Positions 1 to 7,331 of a stretch of 36,323 nucleotides of DNA are shown one piece after another. This DNA comes from Dehalococcoidia bacterium (GTDB taxonomy: Bacteria > Chloroflexota > Dehalococcoidia > UBA2979): the NCBI GenBank assembly GCA_030745285.1, contig JASLOV010000121.1, positions 1 through 36,323 of the forward strand, written 5' to 3'. The position numbers were made by a program, and so were the translations under genes. Positions within the stretch are counted from its first letter, which is position 1; every line of letters starts with the position of its first letter. The notes under the pieces were generated by a model. The model was not told where the DNA came from. It was given only the letters and a program-made list of their open reading frames with translations, and searched no databases.

Positions 1-897
1 GCTGCCATCGAAGCCATCAAGGAGCTCGTGGACGGAGTCGGGGGGGGCGGCGAAGAGATGGAGCAGGCCCTGGAGGCCTTCGACCAGATCGACGAGCTCT
101 TCAACGAGAAGAAGATCGGCGAGAAACTCAAGGAAGCCGGCCTGGACGTGACGAGCGCCAAGGCGGGCTCGCGGGACGGCTGGAAGACGATGGAGGTCAA
201 GGCGGCCGTCAAGGACCTGAACGCCTTCCTGAAGAAGGCGGAGAAGGACCAGAAGGAGGAGGTGGAGGATCTCCCCATCGACCTGCCGTTCGGCGACATC
301 GGCTCGATGGTCCCCGCGTTCTACAAGACCTCGACGCAGGGCGTCGGCAAGGTCGTGCTCATCCCCGCGATCGGCGATCTGCTCAACGACGCGTCCTTCG
401 ACCTCGAGCAGCTCGAAGACCTGGCTGACGATGAGCTCGAGCAGATCGAAGCTCAGATCGACGCCGCCCTGGCGAAGAACCCGGAGGAGAAGGTGCTCAC
501 CTTCGCCTGCAACTGGTGCTCCTACGCGGGCGCCGACCAGGCCGGGGTCGAGAAGGTCCAGTACCCGCCCTCCGCCCGCATCATCCGCACGATGTGCTCG
601 GCCCGGGTGAGCGAGCGCTTCGTGGCGCGGGCGATCGATGATGGCGCGGGCGCCGTCCTGATCACGGGCTGTCGCCTCACCGAGAAGGGTTCCGATTGCC
701 ACTACATCGATGCCAACGCGCAGACGGAGAAGCGCTTCAACTTCCTGCAGCGCAAGTACGGGCGGCGGGGCCTTGAGCCGGACCGGTTCCAGCTCCAGTG
801 GATCTCCGCCTCCGAGGGGAAGGAACTCGCCTCGAAGCTCCGCGAGATGGACGAGATCGTGCAGAAGCACGCGGCCAGCCTGACGGTGCAGGTGTGA
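1..897 (+). CDS. MvhD/FlpD-domain iron-sulfur protein (hydrogenase/heterodisulfide-reductase-associated delta-like subunit); the 5' end may lie outside the window
   Basis: The frame is open from nt 1 (track ORF 28..897; GTG 28 or ATG 58 are possible internal starts). The C-terminal ~140 aa show an MvhD-type cysteine pattern (FACNWCSYAGAD, RTMCSARV, ITGCRLTEKGSDCHY). The N-terminal half is Lys/Glu-rich with no motif I recognise. Stop TGA 895-897 lies 1 nt before the next start. Confidence 0.6.
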   Translation, partial: AAIEAIKELVDGVGGGGEEMEQALEAFDQIDELFNEKKIGEKLKEAGLDVTSAKAGSRDGWKTMEVKAAVKDLNAFLKKAEKDQKEEVEDLPIDLPFGDIGSMVPAFYKTSTQGVGKVVLIPAIGDLLNDASFDLEQLEDLADDELEQIEAQIDAALAKNPEEKVLTFACNWCSYAGADQAGVEKVQYPPSARIIRTMCSARVSERFVARAIDDGAGAVLITGCRLTEKGSDCHYIDANAQTEKRFNFLQRKYGRRGLEPDRFQLQWISASEGKELASKLREMDEIVQKHAASLTVQV

Positions 898-898
898 G

Positions 899-2116
899 AT
901 GACAACGGATACGCATCCGATCGTGCTCGATGACGATCTGTGGGAGCGGGTCGTCGAGATCTCGGGCGGCATCGCCAGCGCCTGTTACCAGTGTGGCGCA
1001 TGCACAGCCGCGTGCCCGTGGGGGCAGGTGCTCGGCGAGCCCCTGAGCGTTCGCAAGATGGTGCGGCGGGCCCAGCTTGGTCTGGAGGATGGTGCGACCG
1101 ACATCTGGCTCTGCACGTCCTGCAACCAGTGCCTCTCGCTCTGCCCGCGCGGCGTGGACATCCCCGCGCTCTTCCGCTCGCTCCGCAACGAAGCGTGGCG
1201 CAAGAACCTTGTGCCGGTCGGCCTCTCTTCGGTGCTCTGGGACCTGGAATGGGGCGGCAACCCGTGGGGGCAGCCGCCTTCCGAGCGTGCCGCGTGGGCT
1301 CGCGATCTCGACCTGCCCGACTACACGCCGGAGCACGAGTTGCTGCTCTACATCGGCTGCTCGTCGGCGCACGACCCGCGGCTTCAGCGTGTCGCGCGCG
1401 CCGTCGTCGCCGTCCTGAGGGCGGCGGACGTCTCGTTCGGCGTGATCGAGGACGAACCCTGCTGCGGCGAGGCCGCGCTCGGCCTCGGCAACGAGCAGTA
1501 CCTGGCCGAGATCGTGGAGCGAAACGAACGACAGCTCGCAGAGGCCGGCGTCACCGATCTGGTCGCGATCTCACCGCATTGTTTCGACATGTTCGCCTCC
1601 CATCACTCCGCCGAGGCCGTGGGCACGGGCTTCCGCGTTCGCCACTACACCCAGTTGCTTGCCGAGCTGATCGAGAATGGGCGGCTTGCGCTCGGTCAAT
1701 CGCCCGCGGCCGTCACCTACCAGGACCCGTGCTTCCTGGGCCGCGGGCACGGCGTCTACGCCGCGCCGCGGCAGGTGCTGACCGCAATCGGCGGCCTGGA
1801 GCTGCGCGAGATGGCGGAGAACCGCGAGCAGGGGCTGTGCTGCGGCGGCGGTGGCGGTCGCATGTGGATGGAGACGCCCGTGGAGCAGCGCTTCGCCGTC
1901 ACCCGCGCAGCGGACGCCCAGGCCACGGGCGCCGGGGTGCTTGCGACCGCCTGTCCCGCCTGCCTTTCGTGCCTGGAGGACGGGTTGAAGGTGGTGGGCG
2001 CGACAGACATCCGCGTGATGGACATCGCCGAGATCGTGGAGGCGGCGCTCGCACCCGCGGCGCAGTCCGACCACGAGCACGCGCAGATGCTCGCGGCGGA
2101 AGCGGCGTCCGCATGA
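899..2116 (+). CDS. HdrD/GlpC-like (Fe-S)-binding oxidoreductase with two 4Fe-4S ferredoxin motifs and two cysteine-rich CCG domains
   Basis: Ferredoxin-type motifs CYQCGACTAACP and CTSCNQCLSLCP are followed by CCG-domain motifs PCCGEA and LCCGGGGG. Start is ATG 899. The stop overlaps the etfA start (ATGA at 2113-2116). Confidence 0.8.
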   Translation: MTTDTHPIVLDDDLWERVVEISGGIASACYQCGACTAACPWGQVLGEPLSVRKMVRRAQLGLEDGATDIWLCTSCNQCLSLCPRGVDIPALFRSLRNEAWRKNLVPVGLSSVLWDLEWGGNPWGQPPSERAAWARDLDLPDYTPEHELLLYIGCSSAHDPRLQRVARAVVAVLRAADVSFGVIEDEPCCGEAALGLGNEQYLAEIVERNERQLAEAGVTDLVAISPHCFDMFASHHSAEAVGTGFRVRHYTQLLAELIENGRLALGQSPAAVTYQDPCFLGRGHGVYAAPRQVLTAIGGLELREMAENREQGLCCGGGGGRMWMETPVEQRFAVTRAADAQATGAGVLATACPACLSCLEDGLKVVGATDIRVMDIAEIVEAALAPAAQSDHEHAQMLAAEAASA

Positions 2117-3147
2117 CCGAGTCCCGGTACGGACCGACAGAGGCGAGCGGTGTCTGGCTCCATCTCGAGTACGACGGAGAGAAGCTTGAAGGCGTCTCGC
2201 GAGAGCTTCTCGGCAAGGGACGCGAACTGGCGGATGGTCTCAGGGTGCCGGTCACCGGCATGCTGCTCGGCACCGCGCTCGTGAGTGTGGCGCGCGAGGC
2301 GATTGCGTATGGCGCCGACCGCGTGCTGATGGCGCAACACCCGCTGCTGGACCCGTACACCACGGACGCCCACGCGCGCGTCGCGTCGCAGCTCATAGGC
2401 GACGGCAAGCCCGACATCCTGCTGCTCGGCGCGACGCCCAACGGTCGCGACCTCGCCGGGCGGCTTGCGGTGCGCCTGCGGACCGGCCTGACGGCCGACT
2501 GCACTGACCTCGGGCTTGAGCAGGAGAGTGGCCTGCTGCTCGGAGAGGTCGTCGGCTTCGGCGGCGGCATCGTCGCCAGCATCAAGTGTGAGCAGCACCG
2601 CCCGCAGATGGCGACGGTGCGTCCTGGCGTCTTCGCGGAACCTGCTCCCGACGAGGCGCGGCAGGGCGCGGTCGAGGACGTGGCCGTCGATCTCAGCGAC
2701 CGTGATCTGCGCGTGCGGGTCGTGGAGCGCAGCGTGCAGCGCAGCGCCGGCATCACCGATGCGGAGTTGCTGGTGGTTGGCGGCGCGGGCACCGGCGGAG
2801 ACTTCGCCCTGCTGGAAGAGCTTGCCTCCCTGATCGGGGCGGAACTCGGCGTCACTCGCGTCGCCGTCGACGCCGGGTGGGCATCTCACGAGCGCCAGGT
2901 CGGCCAGACCGGCTACGTCACGCGTCCCCGGCTGACCCTCGTCTGCGGCGTGAGCGGCGCGCAGCAGTTCACCGTCGGGATCGACCAGGCCGAAGTCGTG
3001 CTCGCCGTCAACGCGGACGGCGAGGCCCCGATCTTCGATCGCGCGGACTACTCCGTCGTTGGCGACCTCTTCGAGGTGCTCCCGGCGATGATCGAGGAGG
3101 CGCGGGCGGCCCTTCAGGAGAAGGAGACGGCGGGAGCGCTGGCATGA
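2113..3147 (+). CDS. etfA: Electron transfer flavoprotein alpha subunit
   Basis: This is an internal ATG of track ORF 940..3147; the upstream part of that ORF is an out-of-frame shadow of the previous gene. N-terminal domain motifs are ADRVL and DILLLGATPNGRDLAGRLA. The C-terminal FAD-domain motif is VGQTGYVTRPRLTLVCGVSGAQQFTVGI. ATGA start/stop overlaps occur at both ends. Confidence 0.9.
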   Translation: MTESRYGPTEASGVWLHLEYDGEKLEGVSRELLGKGRELADGLRVPVTGMLLGTALVSVAREAIAYGADRVLMAQHPLLDPYTTDAHARVASQLIGDGKPDILLLGATPNGRDLAGRLAVRLRTGLTADCTDLGLEQESGLLLGEVVGFGGGIVASIKCEQHRPQMATVRPGVFAEPAPDEARQGAVEDVAVDLSDRDLRVRVVERSVQRSAGITDAELLVVGGAGTGGDFALLEELASLIGAELGVTRVAVDAGWASHERQVGQTGYVTRPRLTLVCGVSGAQQFTVGIDQAEVVLAVNADGEAPIFDRADYSVVGDLFEVLPAMIEEARAALQEKETAGALA

Positions 3148-4397
3148 CCGCCCCCCAGACCATCGTCTGCCTCAAGGTCGTGCCCCGGCCGGAGGAGGTG
3201 CGCGTCGATATGGAGACGCTCACGCTCGATCGCTCCGGCCGCTCCTTCATCAACCCAGCGGACATGCACGCGCTGGAGATGGCGCTGGCCCTGAAGGACC
3301 GCTACGGCGGCAGCGTGCGGCTGCTGGCGATGGGACCGCCCCCGTTCGAGGACTATCTACGGATCGCGCTGACGATGGGCGCCGATGAGGCGGTGCTTCT
3401 GAGCGACCGCGCCTTCGGTGGCGCGGACACGCTGGCCACCTCGTACACGCTCGCTGCCGGCATCCGCAAGATGGGCGATTTCGACCTCGTGCTCTGCGGC
3501 GAGGAGTCGTCCGACGGAGCGACCGCGCAGGTCCCAGCCGGCATCGCAGAGTGGCGGGATCTCCCGCAGATCACCTACGCCACTGACCTGGCTCTGATCG
3601 ACAGTCGTTGGCGGGTGCGAGCGACCCGCGAGGTGAGTGGCGGCCATGAGGTGCTCGTCTCGAGCCTACCCGTCGTGGTCTCGGTCAGGATGCGGTGCAA
3701 CGAACCGCGCTTTATGGACATGAGCCGCCGGCAGTGGGCCGCCGAGGCTCCCGTCACTATCTGGGGTGCTGAGGAGATCGATGCCGACCCGGCGATGATT
3801 GGGCTCAGCGGTTCTGCCACGACCGTCTCCGGGACGCACGAAGCGGCTGGCCGGGAGCGTCGCCGCGAGATGATCGGCGGCGCCCCCACGGAGCAGGCAC
3901 GCGCCCTGATGGCGCACATTCGCCCCTTCCTGGTAGGGTCGCCGGAGCAGAAGCGTGTGGCGATCGAGGTCGGCCGTGCACCCGGCGTTTCGCACAACGG
4001 ACAGGGAGGGTCGGAACCCGCACTCCCGCCGGTGGCGCCGGATCCCGTTCGCAGCCCGCGCCTCCAGCGGCGTCCGGGCGAGGCGGAGGACGGCGGGCCG
4101 AGCGGCGACGGGGTCGATGCATCCTGGAACGGACGCGCGGAGCTGCTCGATGCCGACGGTAGCGTGATCGCAGAGGTGCTCGCGGACCTCTGGAGACGCC
4201 CCGGCGAACAGTGGGGCGGCGATGTGCGGACCGAACTCGGTGGTGGCCACCTGCCGCTCGCCGGGGACTACGTCCTGCGCCTCGAGTCCGACGCCGAGTG
4301 CGTGGTCGCCAAGGGCGGCGCGGTCCGCGCATACGCTCGTGGCGGCCTCAGCGGCGAAGAGGTGTCGGTGCGCGGCAAGGGCGAAGCGCCCTTCTAG
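3144..4397 (+). CDS. etfB: Electron transfer flavoprotein beta subunit with an atypical ~150-aa C-terminal extension
   Basis: This is an internal ATG of track ORF 2877..4397. The EtfB core is recognisable (IVCLKVVP, INPADMHALEMALALKD, GADEAVLLSD, DLVLCGEESSDGATAQVP) and ends near aa 263 (nt ~3933). The same frame then stays open for 154 more codons to TAG 4395-4397. Confidence 0.85.
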   Translation: MTAPQTIVCLKVVPRPEEVRVDMETLTLDRSGRSFINPADMHALEMALALKDRYGGSVRLLAMGPPPFEDYLRIALTMGADEAVLLSDRAFGGADTLATSYTLAAGIRKMGDFDLVLCGEESSDGATAQVPAGIAEWRDLPQITYATDLALIDSRWRVRATREVSGGHEVLVSSLPVVVSVRMRCNEPRFMDMSRRQWAAEAPVTIWGAEEIDADPAMIGLSGSATTVSGTHEAAGRERRREMIGGAPTEQARALMAHIRPFLVGSPEQKRVAIEVGRAPGVSHNGQGGSEPALPPVAPDPVRSPRLQRRPGEAEDGGPSGDGVDASWNGRAELLDADGSVIAEVLADLWRRPGEQWGGDVRTELGGGHLPLAGDYVLRLESDAECVVAKGGAVRAYARGGLSGEEVSVRGKGEAPF

Positions 4398-4401
4398 AGT
4401 G

Positions 4402-4435
4402 CGACCGATCTGAGCAAGTCACGCCTGATCGGTTG
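4402..4435 (+). terminator. Hairpin downstream of etfB between convergent genes (possible terminator, no U-tract)
   Basis: CGACCGATC (4402-4410) pairs with GATCGGTTG (4427-4435), giving a 9-bp stem with one G-U pair and a 16-nt loop. No T-run follows. Confidence 0.3.
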
Positions 4436-4463
4436 CCGCGGCTATATGCTCACGCTCTTCCGG

Positions 4464-4489
4464 TTCGACAGCGGCATTCGACAGCGGCA
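4464..4489. repeat. Perfect tandem duplication, 13 bp x2 (TTCGACAGCGGCA)
   Basis: Read directly: ttcgacagcggca ttcgacagcggca. It is intergenic, just 3' of the kinase remnant. Confidence 0.95.
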
Positions 4490-4502
4490 TGAGAGCCATG
4501 CC

Positions 4503-5400
4503 CTAGCGATTCGCTGCGAGGTTGCCGCCGTTCGGACCGACGACCAGCACGGGCACGCCAGCGTGGCGCATGAGGTGCTCGGCCTGCTCCGGCGGCATGT
4601 ACGTCGCCGTGCCGACCATCATCCTCTGCTGCGTCAGCCGCGTGCGGTCGAGTGAGACCGCGAGCCCGAAGTCGCCGATCTTCGCCGTGCCATCCTCGGC
4701 CAGCCAGACGTTGCCGAGCGAGAGGTCGCGGTGCACGACGTTGTCGCCGTGTGCGGCCTCCAGCCCGCGGCAGATGTCCATCGCGATGCCGAGGGTGCGT
4801 GCCAGGGGGAGGTCCGCGTCAGCCTCGGCCAGCACGTCTTTCGCGGAGCCCCCCGCCATGTACTGGCTGACGATGTGGGGCTGGCTGACGCCCAAGACCT
4901 CCTCCTGCCCGAGGTCGAGCACAGGGACGATGTGCGGATGGTCGCCAAGGCGGCCCATCGCCTGCGCCTCGCGCGTGATGCGTTCGCGACCGGCGTCGTC
5001 GAGGCCCTCGGTGCGGATCAGCGCGAACGCCACCTCACGGTCGAGCAGGCTGTCATGCGCGAGGAAGACGCTTCTTGCCGCCTTCGCCGAGGAACTCCCG
5101 CACCTCGTAGCGGCCGCCGGCGAAGGCGGAGGGCATGGCGGGCTGAGGCATGGCGGGCTGAGCGGTTGCGCGGTCGGATGGTGATGGCTCGGACCGTGTG
5201 GCCGCTGGCGGGGTGGAGCCGGACGCCTGGTCCATCGCCTGCGCGGAGGCCAGCAGCATCTGCGCGTTGGCATTGTCGGCGTCGAGTGTGAGCGCCTCGC
5301 GGGCGCGACGGGCGGCGAGCGCCCAGTCCTCGGCGTCGGCGGCCGCCTCGGCCTGGTCGAGCAGGCCGTCGATGCGTCGCTGGATACGTTCGCCCGGCAT
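4503..5400 (-). pseudogene. Ser/Thr protein kinase remnant, frameshifted and C-terminally truncated
   Basis: ORF 5053..5400 (-) ends in the G-loop ...RYEVREFLGEGGKK. The kinase then continues in the frame of ORF 4503..6278 (-): VFLAHD..VAFALIR, HRDLSLGN, DFG, GTATYMPPEQA. The frame switch is near nt 5070. The domain stops right after the APE-type motif, so subdomains IX-XI are absent. Total length is 898 nt, not a multiple of 3. Confidence 0.7.
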
Positions 5401-5436
5401 GACGGCGGAATGATACCGTGTCGCGCCCGCTCCGCC

Positions 5437-5475
5437 CCGAACCGATGGCCCGAACCGATGGCTCGAACCGTAAGG
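5437..5475. repeat. Tandem repeat, 13 bp x2 perfect (CCGAACCGATGGC) plus a degenerate third copy
   Basis: ccgaaccgatggc ccgaaccgatggc tcgaaccgtaagg. It lies in the divergent kinase/imuB intergenic region, ~20 nt upstream of the SOS box. Confidence 0.9.
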
Positions 5476-5496
5476 AGCCTGGTGCAGGCCTTGATA

Positions 5497-5512
5497 TAGA
5501 ACGTGCGTTCTA
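5497..5512. promoter_or_regulatory. LexA operator (SOS box) of the GAAC-N4-GTTC class
   Basis: TAGAACGTGCGTTCTA is a perfect 16-bp palindrome located 35 nt upstream of the imuB ATG. It is embedded in the only AT-rich patch of the intergenic region (ttgatataga...taatacc). imuB/dnaE2 cassettes are classic LexA targets. Confidence 0.8.
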
Positions 5513-5546
5513 ATACCATGCCCCGTACCTCTCGGCGGGGGTATGT

Positions 5547-6857
5547 ATGCCGATAGCCTGTCTCCTGGTCCCTTCGTTCGCGCTTGCCTGTGAACTGGCG
5601 GAGCGGCCCTCGCTCGCCAGCCGCCCGGTCGCGCTCGCCGATATCGCCGGCCTGCGCGTGGAGGACTCGACGGCGGAGGCGGCGAGGCGCGGGGCGCGGC
5701 CGGGGATGACGCTGCGGGAGGCGGTGGCGTTCTGCCCCTCGCTGGCAGTGGTGACGCCGCACCCTGCCCGTGCCGCTCGCGCGGCCGAGGCGCTGGTGGA
5801 CGCGATGGCGATGGTCAGTCCGCTGGTGGAAGAAGCTGCGCCGGGCACCGTCTTCGCCGACCTGGTGGGGCTCGTCGGGGCGAGTGGCCTCTACCCCGAA
5901 CGGGGGATGGTGGAGCATGCGGTGCTGGAGGCCGCCCCCCGGGCGCTCACGCCCCGTCTCGGGGTCGCCGAACGTCGATTCACTGCATACGCCGCTGCCC
6001 GCAGCGTCACCGCGGGCGGGGCCGCTGCGGGTGAAGTCGCAGTGGGTGAGGCTCCCGCACGCTACTTCCCGGCTGGTGCGGGTCCGGCCAGCGGGTTGGA
6101 GGTCGGCGAGGTTGGCGAAGCCTCGGTCCCGGCAGCGCTGCGCATCGAGCCGGACGAGGCGGTGACGTTCCTCGCCGGCAAGCCGGTCGAATGGCTGCCG
6201 CTGGACGGCGAGCGGCGCGAGCGGCTGCGGCTGCTGGGGATCGAGACGATGGGTGCGTTTGCCCTGCTGCCTCGTCACACCGTCGAGGCGCAGTTCGGCG
6301 TCGCGGGCGGCCGCGCCTGGCTGGCGGCGCGGGGCGAGGACCCGACCGCGTTGAGGCCCCGGCCGTTCGCCCGGGAGCGGGTGATCGAGCAGGCCGAGGC
6401 GCAGCCGCCGCTGGTGAGCCGCGAGGCGGTGCAGCTCACCACGCAGCAGCTGCTGGGCCGGGCGCTGCGGCAGCCGCGGGCGCAGCGGCGCTTTGTGCGC
6501 GTGGTGCGGCTGCGGGCCGTGACGGAGGACGGCCGGCTCTGGGAGCGCACACAGACGATGAAGGAGCCGACCGGCGACCGCGAACGGCTGTGGACGGCGG
6601 TCCGTCCGCTACTGGAGTACGCCGACTACCCCGGCCCGATCGCGGAGCTGGAGCTGGAGCTGGGCGGGCTGACGGCGGAGAGCGGCCGCCAGGGCGGGCT
6701 CTTCGTCGATCGCACGCGCGTCCGCGAGCAGCTGGACGAGATGGTGCGGCACATGAAGGTGCGCTACGGGCAGTCGCCGGTGGCGCGGGTGGTGGATGTG
6801 GAGCCATGGAGCCGCATCCCGGAGCGCCGTCACGCGCTGCTGGAGTACGACCCGTGA
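5547..6857 (+). CDS. imuB: ImuB-like Y-family DNA polymerase homologue (catalytically inactive type)
   Basis: The N-terminus MPIACLLVPSFALACE has the Y-family fold signature but lacks the catalytic Asp pair (DxD/FYA motif replaced), as in ImuB. It sits immediately upstream of dnaE2 and downstream of a LexA box. Confidence 0.8.
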   Translation: MPIACLLVPSFALACELAERPSLASRPVALADIAGLRVEDSTAEAARRGARPGMTLREAVAFCPSLAVVTPHPARAARAAEALVDAMAMVSPLVEEAAPGTVFADLVGLVGASGLYPERGMVEHAVLEAAPRALTPRLGVAERRFTAYAAARSVTAGGAAAGEVAVGEAPARYFPAGAGPASGLEVGEVGEASVPAALRIEPDEAVTFLAGKPVEWLPLDGERRERLRLLGIETMGAFALLPRHTVEAQFGVAGGRAWLAARGEDPTALRPRPFARERVIEQAEAQPPLVSREAVQLTTQQLLGRALRQPRAQRRFVRVVRLRAVTEDGRLWERTQTMKEPTGDRERLWTAVRPLLEYADYPGPIAELELELGGLTAESGRQGGLFVDRTRVREQLDEMVRHMKVRYGQSPVARVVDVEPWSRIPERRHALLEYDP

Positions 6858-6935
6858 ACGGTGAGGGCTTGTGGCGGCCCGGAGGGGAGGCGCGCCTCGT
6901 GCCGAAACGCTCGCTCGTCCTGAGCCCATCGAAGG

Positions 6936-7283
6936 ATGAAGGGTCCGATGACTGACAAGCGCCGTCGCGCCGACGGTCTGCTCCCGCTGGGGCTGCCCGT
7001 GCCGGTGCGCGTGCAGGTCGATGCCGCCGGTCTGCCGTCCACGGTGACGCTGGGCGGGCAGCAGGGCGGGGCGCCGCTGGCGGTTGAGCAGGTGGACGAG
7101 GCCTGGCGCATCGCCGAGGAGTGGTGGCGAGAGACGCCGCTCGGGCGCACCTATTACCGCGTGATCGTGGACGGCGGCCGTCCGCTCATGCTCTTCCACG
7201 ACGACCTCGCCGCCAGCAGCCCCGCTGGCACCGGCACGGCCGGCGCCAACCTCGAAGGGGACTGGTATGAGCAGCGGTACTAA
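6936..7283 (+). CDS. Small protein resembling the ImuB C-terminal module (WRIxEEWW ... R-Y-RV ... WY-QRY)
   Basis: 115-aa ORF; ATG 6948 has the better GAAGGG Shine-Dalgarno spacing. The motif string EAWRIAEEWWRETPLGRTYYRVIVDGGRPLMLFHD...GDWYEQRY matches my recollection of the conserved C-terminal region of long ImuB proteins. It is in the same frame as imuB, separated from it by two stops. Confidence 0.6.
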   Translation: MKGPMTDKRRRADGLLPLGLPVPVRVQVDAAGLPSTVTLGGQQGGAPLAVEQVDEAWRIAEEWWRETPLGRTYYRVIVDGGRPLMLFHDDLAASSPAGTGTAGANLEGDWYEQRY

Positions 7284-7331
7284 CGCTGTGATCCTCTGCC
7301 CGAAACCTGGCAGACGGCCCGTTCGGACGAC

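Noticed and set aside
940-2112. The 5' two-thirds of the 735-aa ORF 940..3147.
   Set aside because: It is out of frame with, and fully overlaps, the HdrD-like gene, and its translation is Arg/Ala junk. EtfA homology only begins at ATG 2113, which forms an ATGA overlap with the upstream stop.
5401-6278. The upstream extension of minus-strand ORF 4503..6278, which would make a 591-aa protein.
   Set aside because: It overlaps imuB on the opposite strand and is low-complexity. The real kinase N-terminus is in another frame (ORF 5053..5400).
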